Shown here: piece after piece, positions 1-8,968 of the stretch
Position numbering within the stretch: the stretch's first letter is position 1
Layout of the letters: the number at the start of each line of letters is the position of its first letter
Source: a virus
Lineage: Duplodnaviria > Caudoviricetes
Virus record (IMG/VR): IMGVR_UViG_3300033417_000023
Coordinates: 1 to 42,344 of that record
Reading direction: 5' to 3' (one strand)
Length of the DNA stretch: 42,344 bases
The notes under the pieces: generated by a model
Seen by the model: only the letters and a program-made list of their open reading frames with translations
The model's database searches: none
What the model was told of the DNA's origin: nothing
Translations under genes and position numbers: made by a program

Positions 1-1
1 A

Positions 2-469
2 CAACGAGGCGCGCGCCTCGTTGTGCCGCACGAGCAGGTAGTGCTGAACCGGGCCGACCCGGTAGGTCTCGCGTTCGATGGTCGCCATGATGGTGTTTCC
101 TCGCAGGAGATAGTGCCCGTCCGTCGCGGGGATGCGGTAGCTGACCGAGTTGAGGTTGCTGACCACGAGGTTGCCCACCTCGAGCGCGGGCATGGTGGAC
201 GCTTTGCTGAACTGGGCGCGCGCCTGGTAGTAGGCCTGGGGCGACAAGTGGGCCTTGAGCTCGTCGAGCCACAGCGCGCCACCGGGGCCAACGGGCTTGC
301 CCGGGCCCACCTCGAGCACGCGGGAGACGAACATGCGATCCCGCGCCGCCTCTCCGGTGATGCGGTAGTCGGTGCTCGCGATGAGGCTGGAGCCAGCCGA
401 GAAGTGGAGCTGCTGCTCGAATTCGGTATCTTCGCAGACCCGAACGAAGTCCTGGCAAACGCGCCTCAT
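2..469 (-). CDS. GroES/Cpn10-like co-chaperonin, probably tandem domains, truncated at window edge
   Basis: Not in the ORF track. ATG at 469 overlaps the scaffold stop (ATGA). Hand translation MRRVCQDFVRV...SRVLEVGPGK...ALEVGNLVV...YLLRGNTIMATIE matches GroES landmarks (GxVLAVGxG, VKVGDxV, LxxxDILAI); then RVGPVQHYLLVR resembles the start of a second GroES unit. Confidence 0.6.
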   Translation of the reverse strand, partial: MRRVCQDFVRVCEDTEFEQQLHFSAGSSLIASTDYRITGEAARDRMFVSRVLEVGPGKPVGPGGALWLDELKAHLSPQAYYQARAQFSKASTMPALEVGNLVVSNLNSVSYRIPATDGHYLLRGNTIMATIERETYRVGPVQHYLLVRHNEARASL

Positions 470-1656
470 GAGTTACCCAGCCTCGTGTTGGTGTTCTTCT
501 TGCGGAGGATGTCGTTGATGATGTCGTCGTTGCTCTCGGTCGGGGAACGCATCGACGTGCCCGGGCTGCGCGATTCGCCGCGCAACGGAGGCGTGCTCTT
601 CTTTCCCTTGGCTGGCGCGGCCGCCGGGGCCGGCGTCTTGGCGAGCGGGTGAGCCGCGATGCGCTTGCGCTCCGCGCGGAGCACGACGCGGGCAGCCTCT
701 TCCGGAGTCTGCGTCAGCCCCATGGGTCCCATGGTCTTCTTGAGCACGGTGTAAACGCGCTTCGCGAAGTGCGGGACCTTGGCCGTGTCCGCGTGGAGCT
801 GGCCATCCTTCACTGCGGCATACACGCGCGCCGTGATGATCTTGATATCGTTCGCCATGGCTGCCTCCGGGTCCACCGGCGGTGGCGCGGGCGGCTTCTC
901 CACGGCGCTCTTGAGCGCGGCAAGCTCGGCCTTGTACGTCGCGAGCTCCTCCTGCAGTCGGCGCTCCCCGGGCGTGCGCCGGTTCTTGTGGAGGATGTCC
1001 CGCTGCGCCTCGTCATATGGGCGTTTGGTGATGCCCTCGATGAGCGCCACCAGGTGCTTCGGATCGCCGTCCTTTTCGTAGGCGGCCTCTGCCTGCTCGT
1101 AGCGGGATACTCGCTCTTCGCGCCGGGTCAGGTCCGCGTGGTGCTGCTGCAGCTGGGCGTGATTCGCCTTGAGCTGCTGGTCCCACGCGCCAAGCCGCTG
1201 CATGGCGCCCTGCTCGTGGCCCTTGAGCTTCTTCCACTCCCGCGCGTTCGCCGCGCGCCACGCGCTCCACGCCTTGGGGTCGAGCCCCATGTCTTCGGGC
1301 TCGATGTCGAGGAGCTTGAACAGCTCCTTGTAATTCTTGGCCTTGACGAGCTCGCGCACCTTGGTGCGGTCCACGGCGCTCTTGGGTGCCGCGGGCGCGT
1401 CGTCGTCTTCGGGCTCGTCGTCTTCCGCCCCAGCCTCGACGTCGTCATCGGGAACGTCATCGTCCTCGGGCGCAGGCTCATCCTTCGGCGCGGGCCGCTC
1501 TTCGGGCTCGTCGCGCTCCCCGCGCTGGGGCGGGTTATCGCGCAGCAGCTCGTTGATGATGTCGTCGTCGCTCGGGCCATTGTCGGCCGCGGGCGGGGTG
1601 AACGTGGCAGCGGTGTTGGCTGCTGGGCTTTGGGGTCCGTCGTCGTCAGGCGGCAT
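466..1656 (-). CDS. putative capsid scaffolding protein
   Basis: 396 aa, very acidic disordered N-terminus, coiled-coil middle, directly downstream of the portal. Motif S(D/N)DDIIN(E/D) occurs near both termini. Confidence 0.7.
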   Translation of the reverse strand: MPPDDDGPQSPAANTAATFTPPAADNGPSDDDIINELLRDNPPQRGERDEPEERPAPKDEPAPEDDDVPDDDVEAGAEDDEPEDDDAPAAPKSAVDRTKVRELVKAKNYKELFKLLDIEPEDMGLDPKAWSAWRAANAREWKKLKGHEQGAMQRLGAWDQQLKANHAQLQQHHADLTRREERVSRYEQAEAAYEKDGDPKHLVALIEGITKRPYDEAQRDILHKNRRTPGERRLQEELATYKAELAALKSAVEKPPAPPPVDPEAAMANDIKIITARVYAAVKDGQLHADTAKVPHFAKRVYTVLKKTMGPMGLTQTPEEAARVVLRAERKRIAAHPLAKTPAPAAAPAKGKKSTPPLRGESRSPGTSMRSPTESNDDIINDILRKKNTNTRLGNS

Positions 1657-1660
1657 AGGC

Positions 1661-3628
1661 TCACATCGCAGGCGCGGGCGCCAGCATTGGTTGGGGGGGC
1701 GGTGCTGCGGCCGCGGCTGCTGCCGCTGCCATCGCGGCGCGCTTGGCCGCGTTGGATTCGAGACGCGCTAAGTAGTCCTTGAAGAGTTGCAGGCGCTCGC
1801 GCACCTCGCGATCGGCCATGTCTTCGATCATAGACGCGCGCGCGTTGAGGTAGGCGGCTCCGACGGCCAGCGTCATGCCACCATCCTTGTCCATCCAGAT
1901 CTCGGGGTCGACGGTGCGGGCCTTGGCGTCCGCAATGGGCGCGTACATCCAGTCGTCAATCATGCGCTCGGTCACGCGCTCTTCGGCTTGCGAGAGAGCC
2001 GTGCCGCCCTGCGCCGTGCCGTAGGTCTGCAGGATGCTGGCGTAGGCCTCACCGGTGATGATGCCGGTTTCCATCAACTCCTTGGCGAGCGCGACGTTAT
2101 CGGCGGGCGTATCCGTGGTGCCGCTCACCGACTCGGGCTCGGCCCGGTACTTGTGTTTTTCGAGGATGTCGAAAACGCCGGCACCAATCTCTTGGAGCCA
2201 CCCGCCATCTTTGCCGCCCTTCCACGTGGCAGAGAAACCACCCGCGCTCTTCTGCACTTCGCGAGCGCAGCGGATGATCTGCTTGGCCGTCTCGGGCCCC
2301 ACGCACCGGGTGAACTCCGCCTCGAAGGGTGAGAAGATCTCGTAGATCTCATTCTTCACCAGGCGCAACGCCACGCCGCTCATGGTTTTGCCCATGTCCA
2401 TGGTGGCGCTCGCCTCGTTGAGCCCGGGCAGGTTGTACGCGGCATCCCGGTGCGTATCGAGCAGGAATTGAATCGACGCGATGTCGAACGGCTTGGGCGT
2501 CATGTCGACGGGGAGCTGCGCCATCGACCCCGTGTGCGGCACGAACATCATGTCGTATACCTTCTTGAACGACGCGGGGTCGGTCGTCGAAGGGTCGTAG
2601 AAGAACATGCGGCGCGGGCTCAGCATCGTCGAGTTGTCGGCGCTATTCAGGATCTGGTTGTACTTCACCACGGCGGGCAGCGATCGCTCCAGGATCGTGC
2701 GCCCCCACTTGCCGGCAAGTTGGCGCATGGGATTGAAGATCACGCACGGCGGCTCCTCGCAATCGTACTCGCCATGATCGACCGTGGCGCCCGGGATCGC
2801 AAAACAGTACTTGCCGTCGTATCCACCGTTCTTCTCGCCGCCTGCATATTGCATCTTCCACGCTTGGATGAGCGGCACGCGAACGATGTTGGTGCTCGTC
2901 TCGTCCTGCTCGGCATTCCCCGCGAGCAGGTACTGAGACATGATGGTGTCCCACTTGTCCGCGGCCTGGTAGATCTGCAGCGCGTGGTCCGGGTAGCGCG
3001 CAGCGAGCTTCTCGGGATCCCAGAACGTGGTGCGACCGAGCGAGCTGTAGCCGTCGTAGGGAAGCCCGGTCGTGTCGAGGAACATGTCGAGCGTGTCGTC
3101 CAGCTCGGTGACTATCCGCCCCTGCTTGGAGTCGGACCAGAAGAACACCGCGGCGGTGCCCGTGGCTATCGTGGCGATGCGGGCTGCGTGGCGCCAAAGC
3201 TCCCACATGTCCTTGAAGCTGCCCTGCGGCTCGGACATCTGACCGTCGATGAAGCGCCCCGCCTTGACAGCCGCCGTCTTGACCTCCCACCCGCCGTCGC
3301 TCACCACGAAGCGGGTCTTCACGCGCTCGAGCGCGAAGATCTTCGCGTCGATGGCATCCATGACGCGCGCCCCGAGGTTGTGGGTCTGCTGGTAGGGGGG
3401 CGCCTTGTTCGCCCCGCCCCCGTCCTCGCTGAGGTCGTCGCCGTCCTGGACGGCGTAGTCGTACTCCTCGGGGTCCATGCTCGTGAGGGTCAGCCCCTCG
3501 TAGCTGGAGAGCTGTGCCGCGGCGCGTCGTTTGCGCCCCGAGGTCTGCGCCCGGCGGGTCATCGCGTGGGCGGTCAGGACCTGGCCCATGGCCTCCGGGG
3601 ACTCCTGCTCGCTCCACAGCGCGCGCAT
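1661..3628 (-). CDS. portal protein
   Basis: About 655 aa from ATG 3628; the longer track start overlaps TerL on the other strand. Lies between terminase and scaffold; has an SGVALR segment and helical C-terminal tail typical of podovirus portals. Confidence 0.75.
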   Translation of the reverse strand: MRALWSEQESPEAMGQVLTAHAMTRRAQTSGRKRRAAAQLSSYEGLTLTSMDPEEYDYAVQDGDDLSEDGGGANKAPPYQQTHNLGARVMDAIDAKIFALERVKTRFVVSDGGWEVKTAAVKAGRFIDGQMSEPQGSFKDMWELWRHAARIATIATGTAAVFFWSDSKQGRIVTELDDTLDMFLDTTGLPYDGYSSLGRTTFWDPEKLAARYPDHALQIYQAADKWDTIMSQYLLAGNAEQDETSTNIVRVPLIQAWKMQYAGGEKNGGYDGKYCFAIPGATVDHGEYDCEEPPCVIFNPMRQLAGKWGRTILERSLPAVVKYNQILNSADNSTMLSPRRMFFYDPSTTDPASFKKVYDMMFVPHTGSMAQLPVDMTPKPFDIASIQFLLDTHRDAAYNLPGLNEASATMDMGKTMSGVALRLVKNEIYEIFSPFEAEFTRCVGPETAKQIIRCAREVQKSAGGFSATWKGGKDGGWLQEIGAGVFDILEKHKYRAEPESVSGTTDTPADNVALAKELMETGIITGEAYASILQTYGTAQGGTALSQAEERVTERMIDDWMYAPIADAKARTVDPEIWMDKDGGMTLAVGAAYLNARASMIEDMADREVRERLQLFKDYLARLESNAAKRAAMAAAAAAAAAPPPQPMLAPAPAM

Positions 3629-3718
3629 GAAAGGGGAGGATTCGAGCGCGCGCGGTTTCTTCGTGGAGGCCACTGGCTGGCCAGTGTGCCCGGCCGTGTG
3701 CCACCATGCAAGTAGCCT

Positions 3719-5269
3719 GTGCTCATCGAACCTGACGCGGCGGCTCTGGAAACGGCGCTGCTTTCCAGCCGTCTCCCGTCCGGGGATGACTCCGCCTGGC
3801 AACGCATCTACCGGGACTTACACCCGAAGCAGCGTCGCGCGCTGGACGACCTGGACAACCGCAAGTGCATCCCGAAGGGGCGCCGCGGGGGCGGATCCTA
3901 CTGGGTGGCGGCCTGGCTCCTGGAAGACTTTCAGCTGTGGCCCGGGCAGACCTCGCTGTTCCTGGCGCTGAGCAAGGAGCACGCCAAGGCGATTCTGTGG
4001 AGCACGCTCGAGGAGTTTAACTCCAAGTATTCGCTCGGGGCGGGTTCCGACGGCAAAGAGTACAGCTGGACCTACCCGAACGGCTACCGGATCCTGTTCA
4101 GCGGGTCGAAGGACAAGGCCCAAGTGGAGCGCCTCCGCGGCGTCTCCCCCCACGGGCTGCGCCGCTGCGCGATCGACGAGTCGGGGTCGTTCGGGGCGTA
4201 CGACCTGCAATTCCGGTACATGATCTCGTCGGTCATCGTCCCGCAATTCACCGACACCCATCACCTCGGGGGCGGGCAGCTGGCGCTCATCGGCAGCCCA
4301 GGCGTGGATCCGGCCGGGCTCTACTACGAGCGGTGCACCGGGCGGACTCACGACGGCAAAGAGGCGCTGCAGTGGAGCACACACCGGTGGACGGCGCTCG
4401 ACAACCCGGCGATTGACGCGGCGGGTTACCTGCTCGAGGAGCTGGTCAACGGGGAGCACATCCTCGACGACACGCCGGCCTCGACCATCGTCGAATGGCT
4501 GGTCGCGCTCAAAGACGTCGAGCTTGACGACGAGCGATGGGCGCCGATCCTGGCGCGGCTCAGCGCGGAGTTTCGCCGGGAGTACCTCGCTGACTGGTGC
4601 AAAGACTCCGACTCCCTGGTGTACCTGCCCACTGAAGGGAACTACCTGGACGACGGCTACGAGCTCGACGAGGGCACGCCCTGGCGCGTGGTGGTCTCGG
4701 GAGACATCGGGTGGGGGGACGGCAACGGTTTCGCCGTGGCCGCCAAGTCGCTCCGGTCGAGGACCATCGTCCTGCTCGAGGCGTACTACCTGCCCGAGCT
4801 CAACGACGAGGAGATTGCGAACGAGCTCAAGCGCCTGAAAGCGGCCTACCGCGCCGGGGAGGTCTATATCGATTGCGCGGGCGAGGGGCAGCGGCTGCTC
4901 GCCAACATGGCCCACTTCGGGTTGCACTGCGAGGCGCAAGGCAAGGGCAAGAAGAAGCCGCGGATCGAGTACCTGCGCACGGTTATCGCCAACCGGTCGC
5001 TGCAGATCCGGCGGGACAAGTGCGCCGCGGTGCTGACCGAGTGGAGCGCGCTGCCGTGGAGCGCCGACCGTCAGAACCACCGCGAGTGGTTCGTGGACGA
5101 CGTGAGCGACGCGGTGCTCGGCGCCGTCAACCCGCTCAGCCAGCGCTTTCAGCCCGGCAAGGGGCTGCCCCCGAAGAAGGGGGAGCCGGGCTACGCGGCG
5201 CACCAGGCGAAGCTCGAACGGGCATCCGCCAACCGGCGCGGCCGGCGCATGGCGCGCAGCCGGACCTGA
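3719..5269 (+). CDS. terL: terminase large subunit
   Basis: LHPKQ adenine-binding motif, Walker A-like KGRRGGGS, Walker B CAIDE, coupling motif GSP, DNP...FRREYLA, RNase H-like nuclease acidic residues (SGDIGWGD, YID, DDVSDA). Confidence 0.9.
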   Translation: MLIEPDAAALETALLSSRLPSGDDSAWQRIYRDLHPKQRRALDDLDNRKCIPKGRRGGGSYWVAAWLLEDFQLWPGQTSLFLALSKEHAKAILWSTLEEFNSKYSLGAGSDGKEYSWTYPNGYRILFSGSKDKAQVERLRGVSPHGLRRCAIDESGSFGAYDLQFRYMISSVIVPQFTDTHHLGGGQLALIGSPGVDPAGLYYERCTGRTHDGKEALQWSTHRWTALDNPAIDAAGYLLEELVNGEHILDDTPASTIVEWLVALKDVELDDERWAPILARLSAEFRREYLADWCKDSDSLVYLPTEGNYLDDGYELDEGTPWRVVVSGDIGWGDGNGFAVAAKSLRSRTIVLLEAYYLPELNDEEIANELKRLKAAYRAGEVYIDCAGEGQRLLANMAHFGLHCEAQGKGKKKPRIEYLRTVIANRSLQIRRDKCAAVLTEWSALPWSADRQNHREWFVDDVSDAVLGAVNPLSQRFQPGKGLPPKKGEPGYAAHQAKLERASANRRGRRMARSRT

Positions 5270-5295
5270 ACGCGAGTGCAGCACCCTAGGGGTGA

Positions 5296-5323
5296 TTGCC
5301 TCCCATGCGGGACGGGCTATATT
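5296..5323 (+). promoter_or_regulatory. sigma70-like promoter of the small-gene operon
   Basis: TTGCCT-16 bp-TATATT, with an imperfect palindrome TCCCATGCGGGA in the spacer. Confidence 0.5.
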
Positions 5324-5371
5324 GATTGAGTGGGCAGCACGGAGCCGCCCCGACAAACAGGAGACACGACA

Positions 5372-5614
5372 ATGAAAGCTTCCGACTTGACCCGCAGCGA
5401 GATGACCCAAGCTATCGCCGAGCTGGAGCAGGAGGCGGCGCAAGCGGGCGACGCCGAGACCGTGCGTGATTGCGCCAAGGCGCTGCGTGGTGGCAAAGCT
5501 GCTCGGGCGCGCTGCGAGCGGATCATCAACGACAACCGCAAGGAGCACGCCGACGACCAGTGCGCATTCCACCGAGCGGGCGGCTCCGGCTCGTGCAACT
5601 ACTGCGAACAGTAA
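5372..5614 (+). CDS. hypothetical protein with C-terminal CxxH...CxxC
   Basis: AGGAG RBS before ATG 5372; 80 aa. Confidence 0.7.
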   Translation: MKASDLTRSEMTQAIAELEQEAAQAGDAETVRDCAKALRGGKAARARCERIINDNRKEHADDQCAFHRAGGSGSCNYCEQ

Positions 5615-5619
5615 CCCCT

Positions 5620-5795
5620 GGCCCTTCGGGGCCCCGCTCCGTTCCGTCAACACTCCCCGCGTGCTCCGCTTGCAGGCGGCCGGGGGAAAGGCTCTGCAAG
5701 GCCTGAGAGGCGACGGAACGGAGCGAGGCCAAGCAGGCCGACAGAGCGCGCCCACCCGGGCCGGCGACCCCTCAACACGCCGGCCCGGCTTTGGG
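5620..5795 (+). ncRNA. putative structured intergenic RNA
   Basis: C(UUCG)G hairpin 5620-5633; perfect 14-bp stem 5635-5648/5712-5725 enclosing a 7-bp stem 5669-5675/5694-5700; perfect 11-bp stem 5756-5766/5778-5788. Confidence 0.5.
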
Positions 5796-5819
5796 CCTTA
5801 CACGAAAGGCAGCCACACA

Positions 5820-6086
5820 ATGATGCGACCATTCACGACCGATCCGCTGGCCCACGCGCAATTCAACGCGCGCATCGCGGAGGCCGACGGCGTCGATCTG
5901 ATCGACCTCGGGCCCTTCGAAGTCACAGAAGCCGTGTGCGCGGCAGTCGATGCCGACGCTCGATACCAAACGCTGCTCGCCGCGGTCATGCGCGCCGTGG
6001 ACGAGCTCGAGGGGCAAGGCGCCCGCTCGGACCGCATCGCGCTCCAACTGCTCACGGCGGTTGCTCGACTGGAGGCGGGGCTGTAA
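5820..6086 (+). CDS. hypothetical protein
   Basis: GAAAGG before ATG 5820; TAATG coupling to the next gene. Confidence 0.65.
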   Translation: MMRPFTTDPLAHAQFNARIAEADGVDLIDLGPFEVTEAVCAAVDADARYQTLLAAVMRAVDELEGQGARSDRIALQLLTAVARLEAGL

Positions 6087-6235
6087 TGGCTCGCCGCGAA
6101 GAACGGCGTTTGGTCGAAGTGACCACCAACGTTGCGAAGAGGATAATCCTTACGGTGGGTGAGTCCTCGCTCTGGATGACGCCCGAAGAGGCTGCGGAAG
6201 TGCTCCGACTGCTAGCGGCAGAGGTGAAGCGGTGA
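6086..6235 (+). CDS. hypothetical protein (49 aa)
   Basis: GGAGG RBS; stop/start overlaps at both ends. Confidence 0.6.
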   Translation: MARREERRLVEVTTNVAKRIILTVGESSLWMTPEEAAEVLRLLAAEVKR

Positions 6236-6468
6236 CCCACCAGAACCGATTCGACACTCTCAAGCAGGACGCCGATCTAGATGCTGGATTCGCGATCTAC
6301 TGGCGACTCGTCGACATCACGGACGATGACTCGTCGCCGCCGAAGATCCTAGACGAGGGCGTCGCGGCATGGGCGGCGCTAGAATATCCAGAGGAGCATC
6401 GCGAACTAACCGCGTTGTACGAGGCCGCGAACGAGCGGGTTCTGCCGCGCATCAAGGTTAAGCCATGA
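6232..6468 (+). CDS. hypothetical protein
   Basis: GAGGT RBS; GTGA and ATGA overlaps with its neighbours. Confidence 0.6.
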   Translation: MTHQNRFDTLKQDADLDAGFAIYWRLVDITDDDSSPPKILDEGVAAWAALEYPEEHRELTALYEAANERVLPRIKVKP

Positions 6469-6740
6469 GCCACCGCTACGACTGGAGCAAGGCGTACCCG
6501 GTGCTGGGGCCGCCTCCACGCAGCCGCTACCAGTTTCCGGTCGACCTCCCGCCGCTCAGGATGACGCCCACGGGGCTCCGACGGTGCGGGGTGATGCTGC
6601 CCCCACCAAGGCGCCGCGACGGGTCAGCGGGCCTGCTGCGCGGCGTGCTGGTGTTCCTGTTCATGCTGGCCGTTGCCGCGCTGCTATCCGTGGACGATAT
6701 CGAGACGGGGCAGCGCGCGCCGGTGAGCGAGGGCCGGTGA
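6465..6740 (+). CDS. hypothetical single-pass membrane protein
   Basis: Hydrophobic stretch GVLVFLFMLAVAALLSV; translationally coupled to neighbours. Confidence 0.6.
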   Translation: MSHRYDWSKAYPVLGPPPRSRYQFPVDLPPLRMTPTGLRRCGVMLPPPRRRDGSAGLLRGVLVFLFMLAVAALLSVDDIETGQRAPVSEGR

Positions 6741-6952
6741 CCCACATCCTGATTGACCGCTTCGCTGCGGCGCTGGATTGCCGGTCGCGGGCGATGAGCT
6801 ACAGGATGCTCGGGCGCGCGGACTTCGAGCGCTCAGCGGATCTGCTGGCGCGCGACGAGATGGCGGTGCAGCTCGCGCAGTTTTGCGTGCATCTGGCGAC
6901 CGAAGAGCTGGGCGCGGCGCTGGACGACCTAAGTGGGAGTCGTGAAGACTGA
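6737..6952 (+). CDS. hypothetical protein
   Basis: GTGA overlap with the upstream gene; converges on 6929..7240. Confidence 0.55.
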   Translation: MTHILIDRFAAALDCRSRAMSYRMLGRADFERSADLLARDEMAVQLAQFCVHLATEELGAALDDLSGSRED

Positions 6953-7240
6953 CTCGCGCACGATGAACGGGCGCTCTTGTGCGGCGGCGACAACCCCGCT
7001 GCCCACGGAGCGCACCACGTGCCGGCCGGCGGCCGCCGCGATCACGTCGAAGTGGAACTCGCCCGTGGAGTCCTGGACGACCTCGCCGTCGACACCGAAG
7101 ACGTAGGTGGTTTCCGTGCCGTCCGGCTCGGCGTGGAGGAACTTGACCCCGGTCGGGTCGGCTGCCGTGCCCCCCGCGTTGCGGAAGCTCGCGCTTGAGC
7201 GGACCTGGTCTCCGATGTCGAAGGTGGGGGCGTTGGCCAT
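6929..7240 (-). CDS. small beta-rich virion protein (Ig/BppU-N-like)
   Basis: AGGAG RBS; pattern GD...F...G...DPT...PDG...TG.F...GR suggests an Ig-like fibre-associated domain; last gene of the late operon. Confidence 0.55.
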   Translation of the reverse strand: MANAPTFDIGDQVRSSASFRNAGGTAADPTGVKFLHAEPDGTETTYVFGVDGEVVQDSTGEFHFDVIAAAAGRHVVRSVGSGVVAAAQERPFIVRESVFTTPT

Positions 7241-7248
7241 GTGTGCTC

Positions 7249-8955
7249 CTACGACAGTACCATGGTCACGGAGCCGACGCGGCTGAGTCTTAGCGACACG
7301 GATCCGACGCTGGCCAGCGCCAGCTCACACGAGCCCACGGCGCCGATCCGAAGGCGGACGCTGCCCGGTGGGTCTAGGGGAAGGGCCACCAGCCCCGAGG
7401 CGTCCAGGCCACCGAGCTCCACCGCGCCGGACACCTGGACCAGCACCTCGACGGTTCCCGTGGCGTCCACGCCGGCGACAGAAACCGCCCCCGAGGCGTT
7501 CCGGTTGATGGCCACCACGGTTCCCGCGGCGTCGAGGCCAGCCAGCTGAGGCGAGCCCGAGACGCCCACATCCACCTCGACGATGCCCGCAGCATCGAGG
7601 CCCGCCAGGTCCACTGCGCCGCTGGCACCGGCGTGCGCCTCGACTGTACCCGCCGCGTCCAGGCCTGCCAGGTCGACCGCGCCGCTGGCACTCACATCCA
7701 CCGTGACGGTGCCCGCCGCGTCGACGCCCGCGACGTCCACCTCGCCCGAGACGAGGGTCTGGTCTTGCGTGGCCAGGTTGCCCGAGGCGTCCAGGCCACC
7801 GAGCTCCACCGCGCCCGATACGCTCACCTCCACGGTGACGGTACCCGCCGCGTCCAGGCCCGCCAGGTCGACCGCGCCGCTGGCGTCGTGCTCTGTCGTG
7901 ACGGTTCCGGCGGCGTCCACGCCAGCGAGCTCCGCCGCGCCGCTCGCCGCCAGGTTGGTGGCCACGACCGTGCCGGAGGCGTCCAGCCCTGCCAGGTCAA
8001 CGGCGCCCGAGGCGCTGGCCTCGACCGTGACGCTGCCCGCCGCATCGACGCCGCCAACATCCACGGCGCCCGAGACGGCGCGATTGATGGCCACGACGGT
8101 GCCCGCCGCGTCCACGCCGGCCACCTCCGCGGCGCCGCTCGAGTCCAGCACCGAGCCGAGCAGGCCGTCAATGCTGGTGACGACGATGTCCACGGCGCCG
8201 TCGGCGCTCGCCTCGACCTCGACGGTTCCTGCTGCGTCGACTCCCGCAACGTTCACCGCGCCGTCTGCGTTGGACTCGATGATCGAGTCAGGGACAGCAA
8301 TCGCGACCGCTGCTGCACGGTTGATCGTCCCGCTGAAGATGTGAGTCGTTACCTCGGTGCCAGCCGCCGCTGGCTCTTCGGTGGAGCCGCAATGCCCGCT
8401 CGAGGAAAGGTTCTGATCCCATCGCTCGGTTTGCCCTGTGCCGTGCGTCCAGGTGCCCGCATTGCCGCATGACGCGGAGCTCAGGACCAGCGAGTCGTCG
8501 TCGGCGACCTCGACCGACAGGCTCGGGTCAGTATCCGCCGTGACCTGGAAGAGCACGACGTCGGACACGTTCGCGGCCTGCGAGGCGTCCTGGACGACGA
8601 CGACCGAGACCGCGCCCTGATCCTGCTCCGGGCTGATCGTTGCGGTAACCGTGTGGCTGCTGCCGTCAGCGGGGAGGTCGTCCTCCAAGATCTCGTAGAT
8701 CTTGGTCCATATGCTGAAGCCGCCGCTCGTCGCGTGGGCTGCGGCGTTCACCGAGCCATCAGTGACGAGCGTTGCGGTTACGCCTCCGAAGGTCGGTCCC
8801 GCCGTGACGCTCGGGTTATCGGCTGCGCCGTCCTCGCCCTGGAGCACGACGAACAACCGGCGGTTCGTGCCGGCGCTCAGCGTGAACGAGGAAAGGCTGA
8901 TCGCCGTGAACGCGCCCGTCAGCTGGCGCGAGTCTGTCGATAGGTGGCCGGCCAT
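7249..8955 (-). CDS. repeat-containing fibre/adhesin-like virion protein
   Basis: 568 aa: about 225-aa beta-rich N-terminal domain, then about 14 repeats of SGAVDLAGLDAAGTV; acidic, Ala/Gly/Val-rich. Confidence 0.65.
   Translation of the reverse strand: MAGHLSTDSRQLTGAFTAISLSSFTLSAGTNRRLFVVLQGEDGAADNPSVTAGPTFGGVTATLVTDGSVNAAAHATSGGFSIWTKIYEILEDDLPADGSSHTVTATISPEQDQGAVSVVVVQDASQAANVSDVVLFQVTADTDPSLSVEVADDDSLVLSSASCGNAGTWTHGTGQTERWDQNLSSSGHCGSTEEPAAAGTEVTTHIFSGTINRAAAVAIAVPDSIIESNADGAVNVAGVDAAGTVEVEASADGAVDIVVTSIDGLLGSVLDSSGAAEVAGVDAAGTVVAINRAVSGAVDVGGVDAAGSVTVEASASGAVDLAGLDASGTVVATNLAASGAAELAGVDAAGTVTTEHDASGAVDLAGLDAAGTVTVEVSVSGAVELGGLDASGNLATQDQTLVSGEVDVAGVDAAGTVTVDVSASGAVDLAGLDAAGTVEAHAGASGAVDLAGLDAAGIVEVDVGVSGSPQLAGLDAAGTVVAINRNASGAVSVAGVDATGTVEVLVQVSGAVELGGLDASGLVALPLDPPGSVRLRIGAVGSCELALASVGSVSLRLSRVGSVTMVLS
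7375..8275 (-). repeat. coding tandem repeat, about 14 units of 63-69 bp
   Basis: 21-23 aa unit [AV]SGAVD[LV]AG[LV]DA[AS]GTV. Confidence 0.85.
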
Positions 8956-8968
8956 GGCTCAGCCGCGC

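Noticed and set aside
3629-3802. N-terminal extension of the portal ORF given in the track (713 aa)
   Set aside because: It overlaps terL on the opposite strand and spans the likely divergent promoter gap; ATG 3628 is more plausible.
3719-5269. terL as an inactive pseudogene because GK[ST] is missing
   Set aside because: The ORF and all other motifs are intact, and a lysine-first Walker A variant explains it.
5700-5730. Hammerhead ribozyme or intrinsic terminator
   Set aside because: CTGAGAG does not fit the CUGANGA core with a correctly placed GAAA, and no U-tract follows the stems.
7375-8275. CRISPR-like array (period about 65 bp)
   Set aside because: The repeats are in-frame, degenerate at codon third positions and encode a protein repeat.
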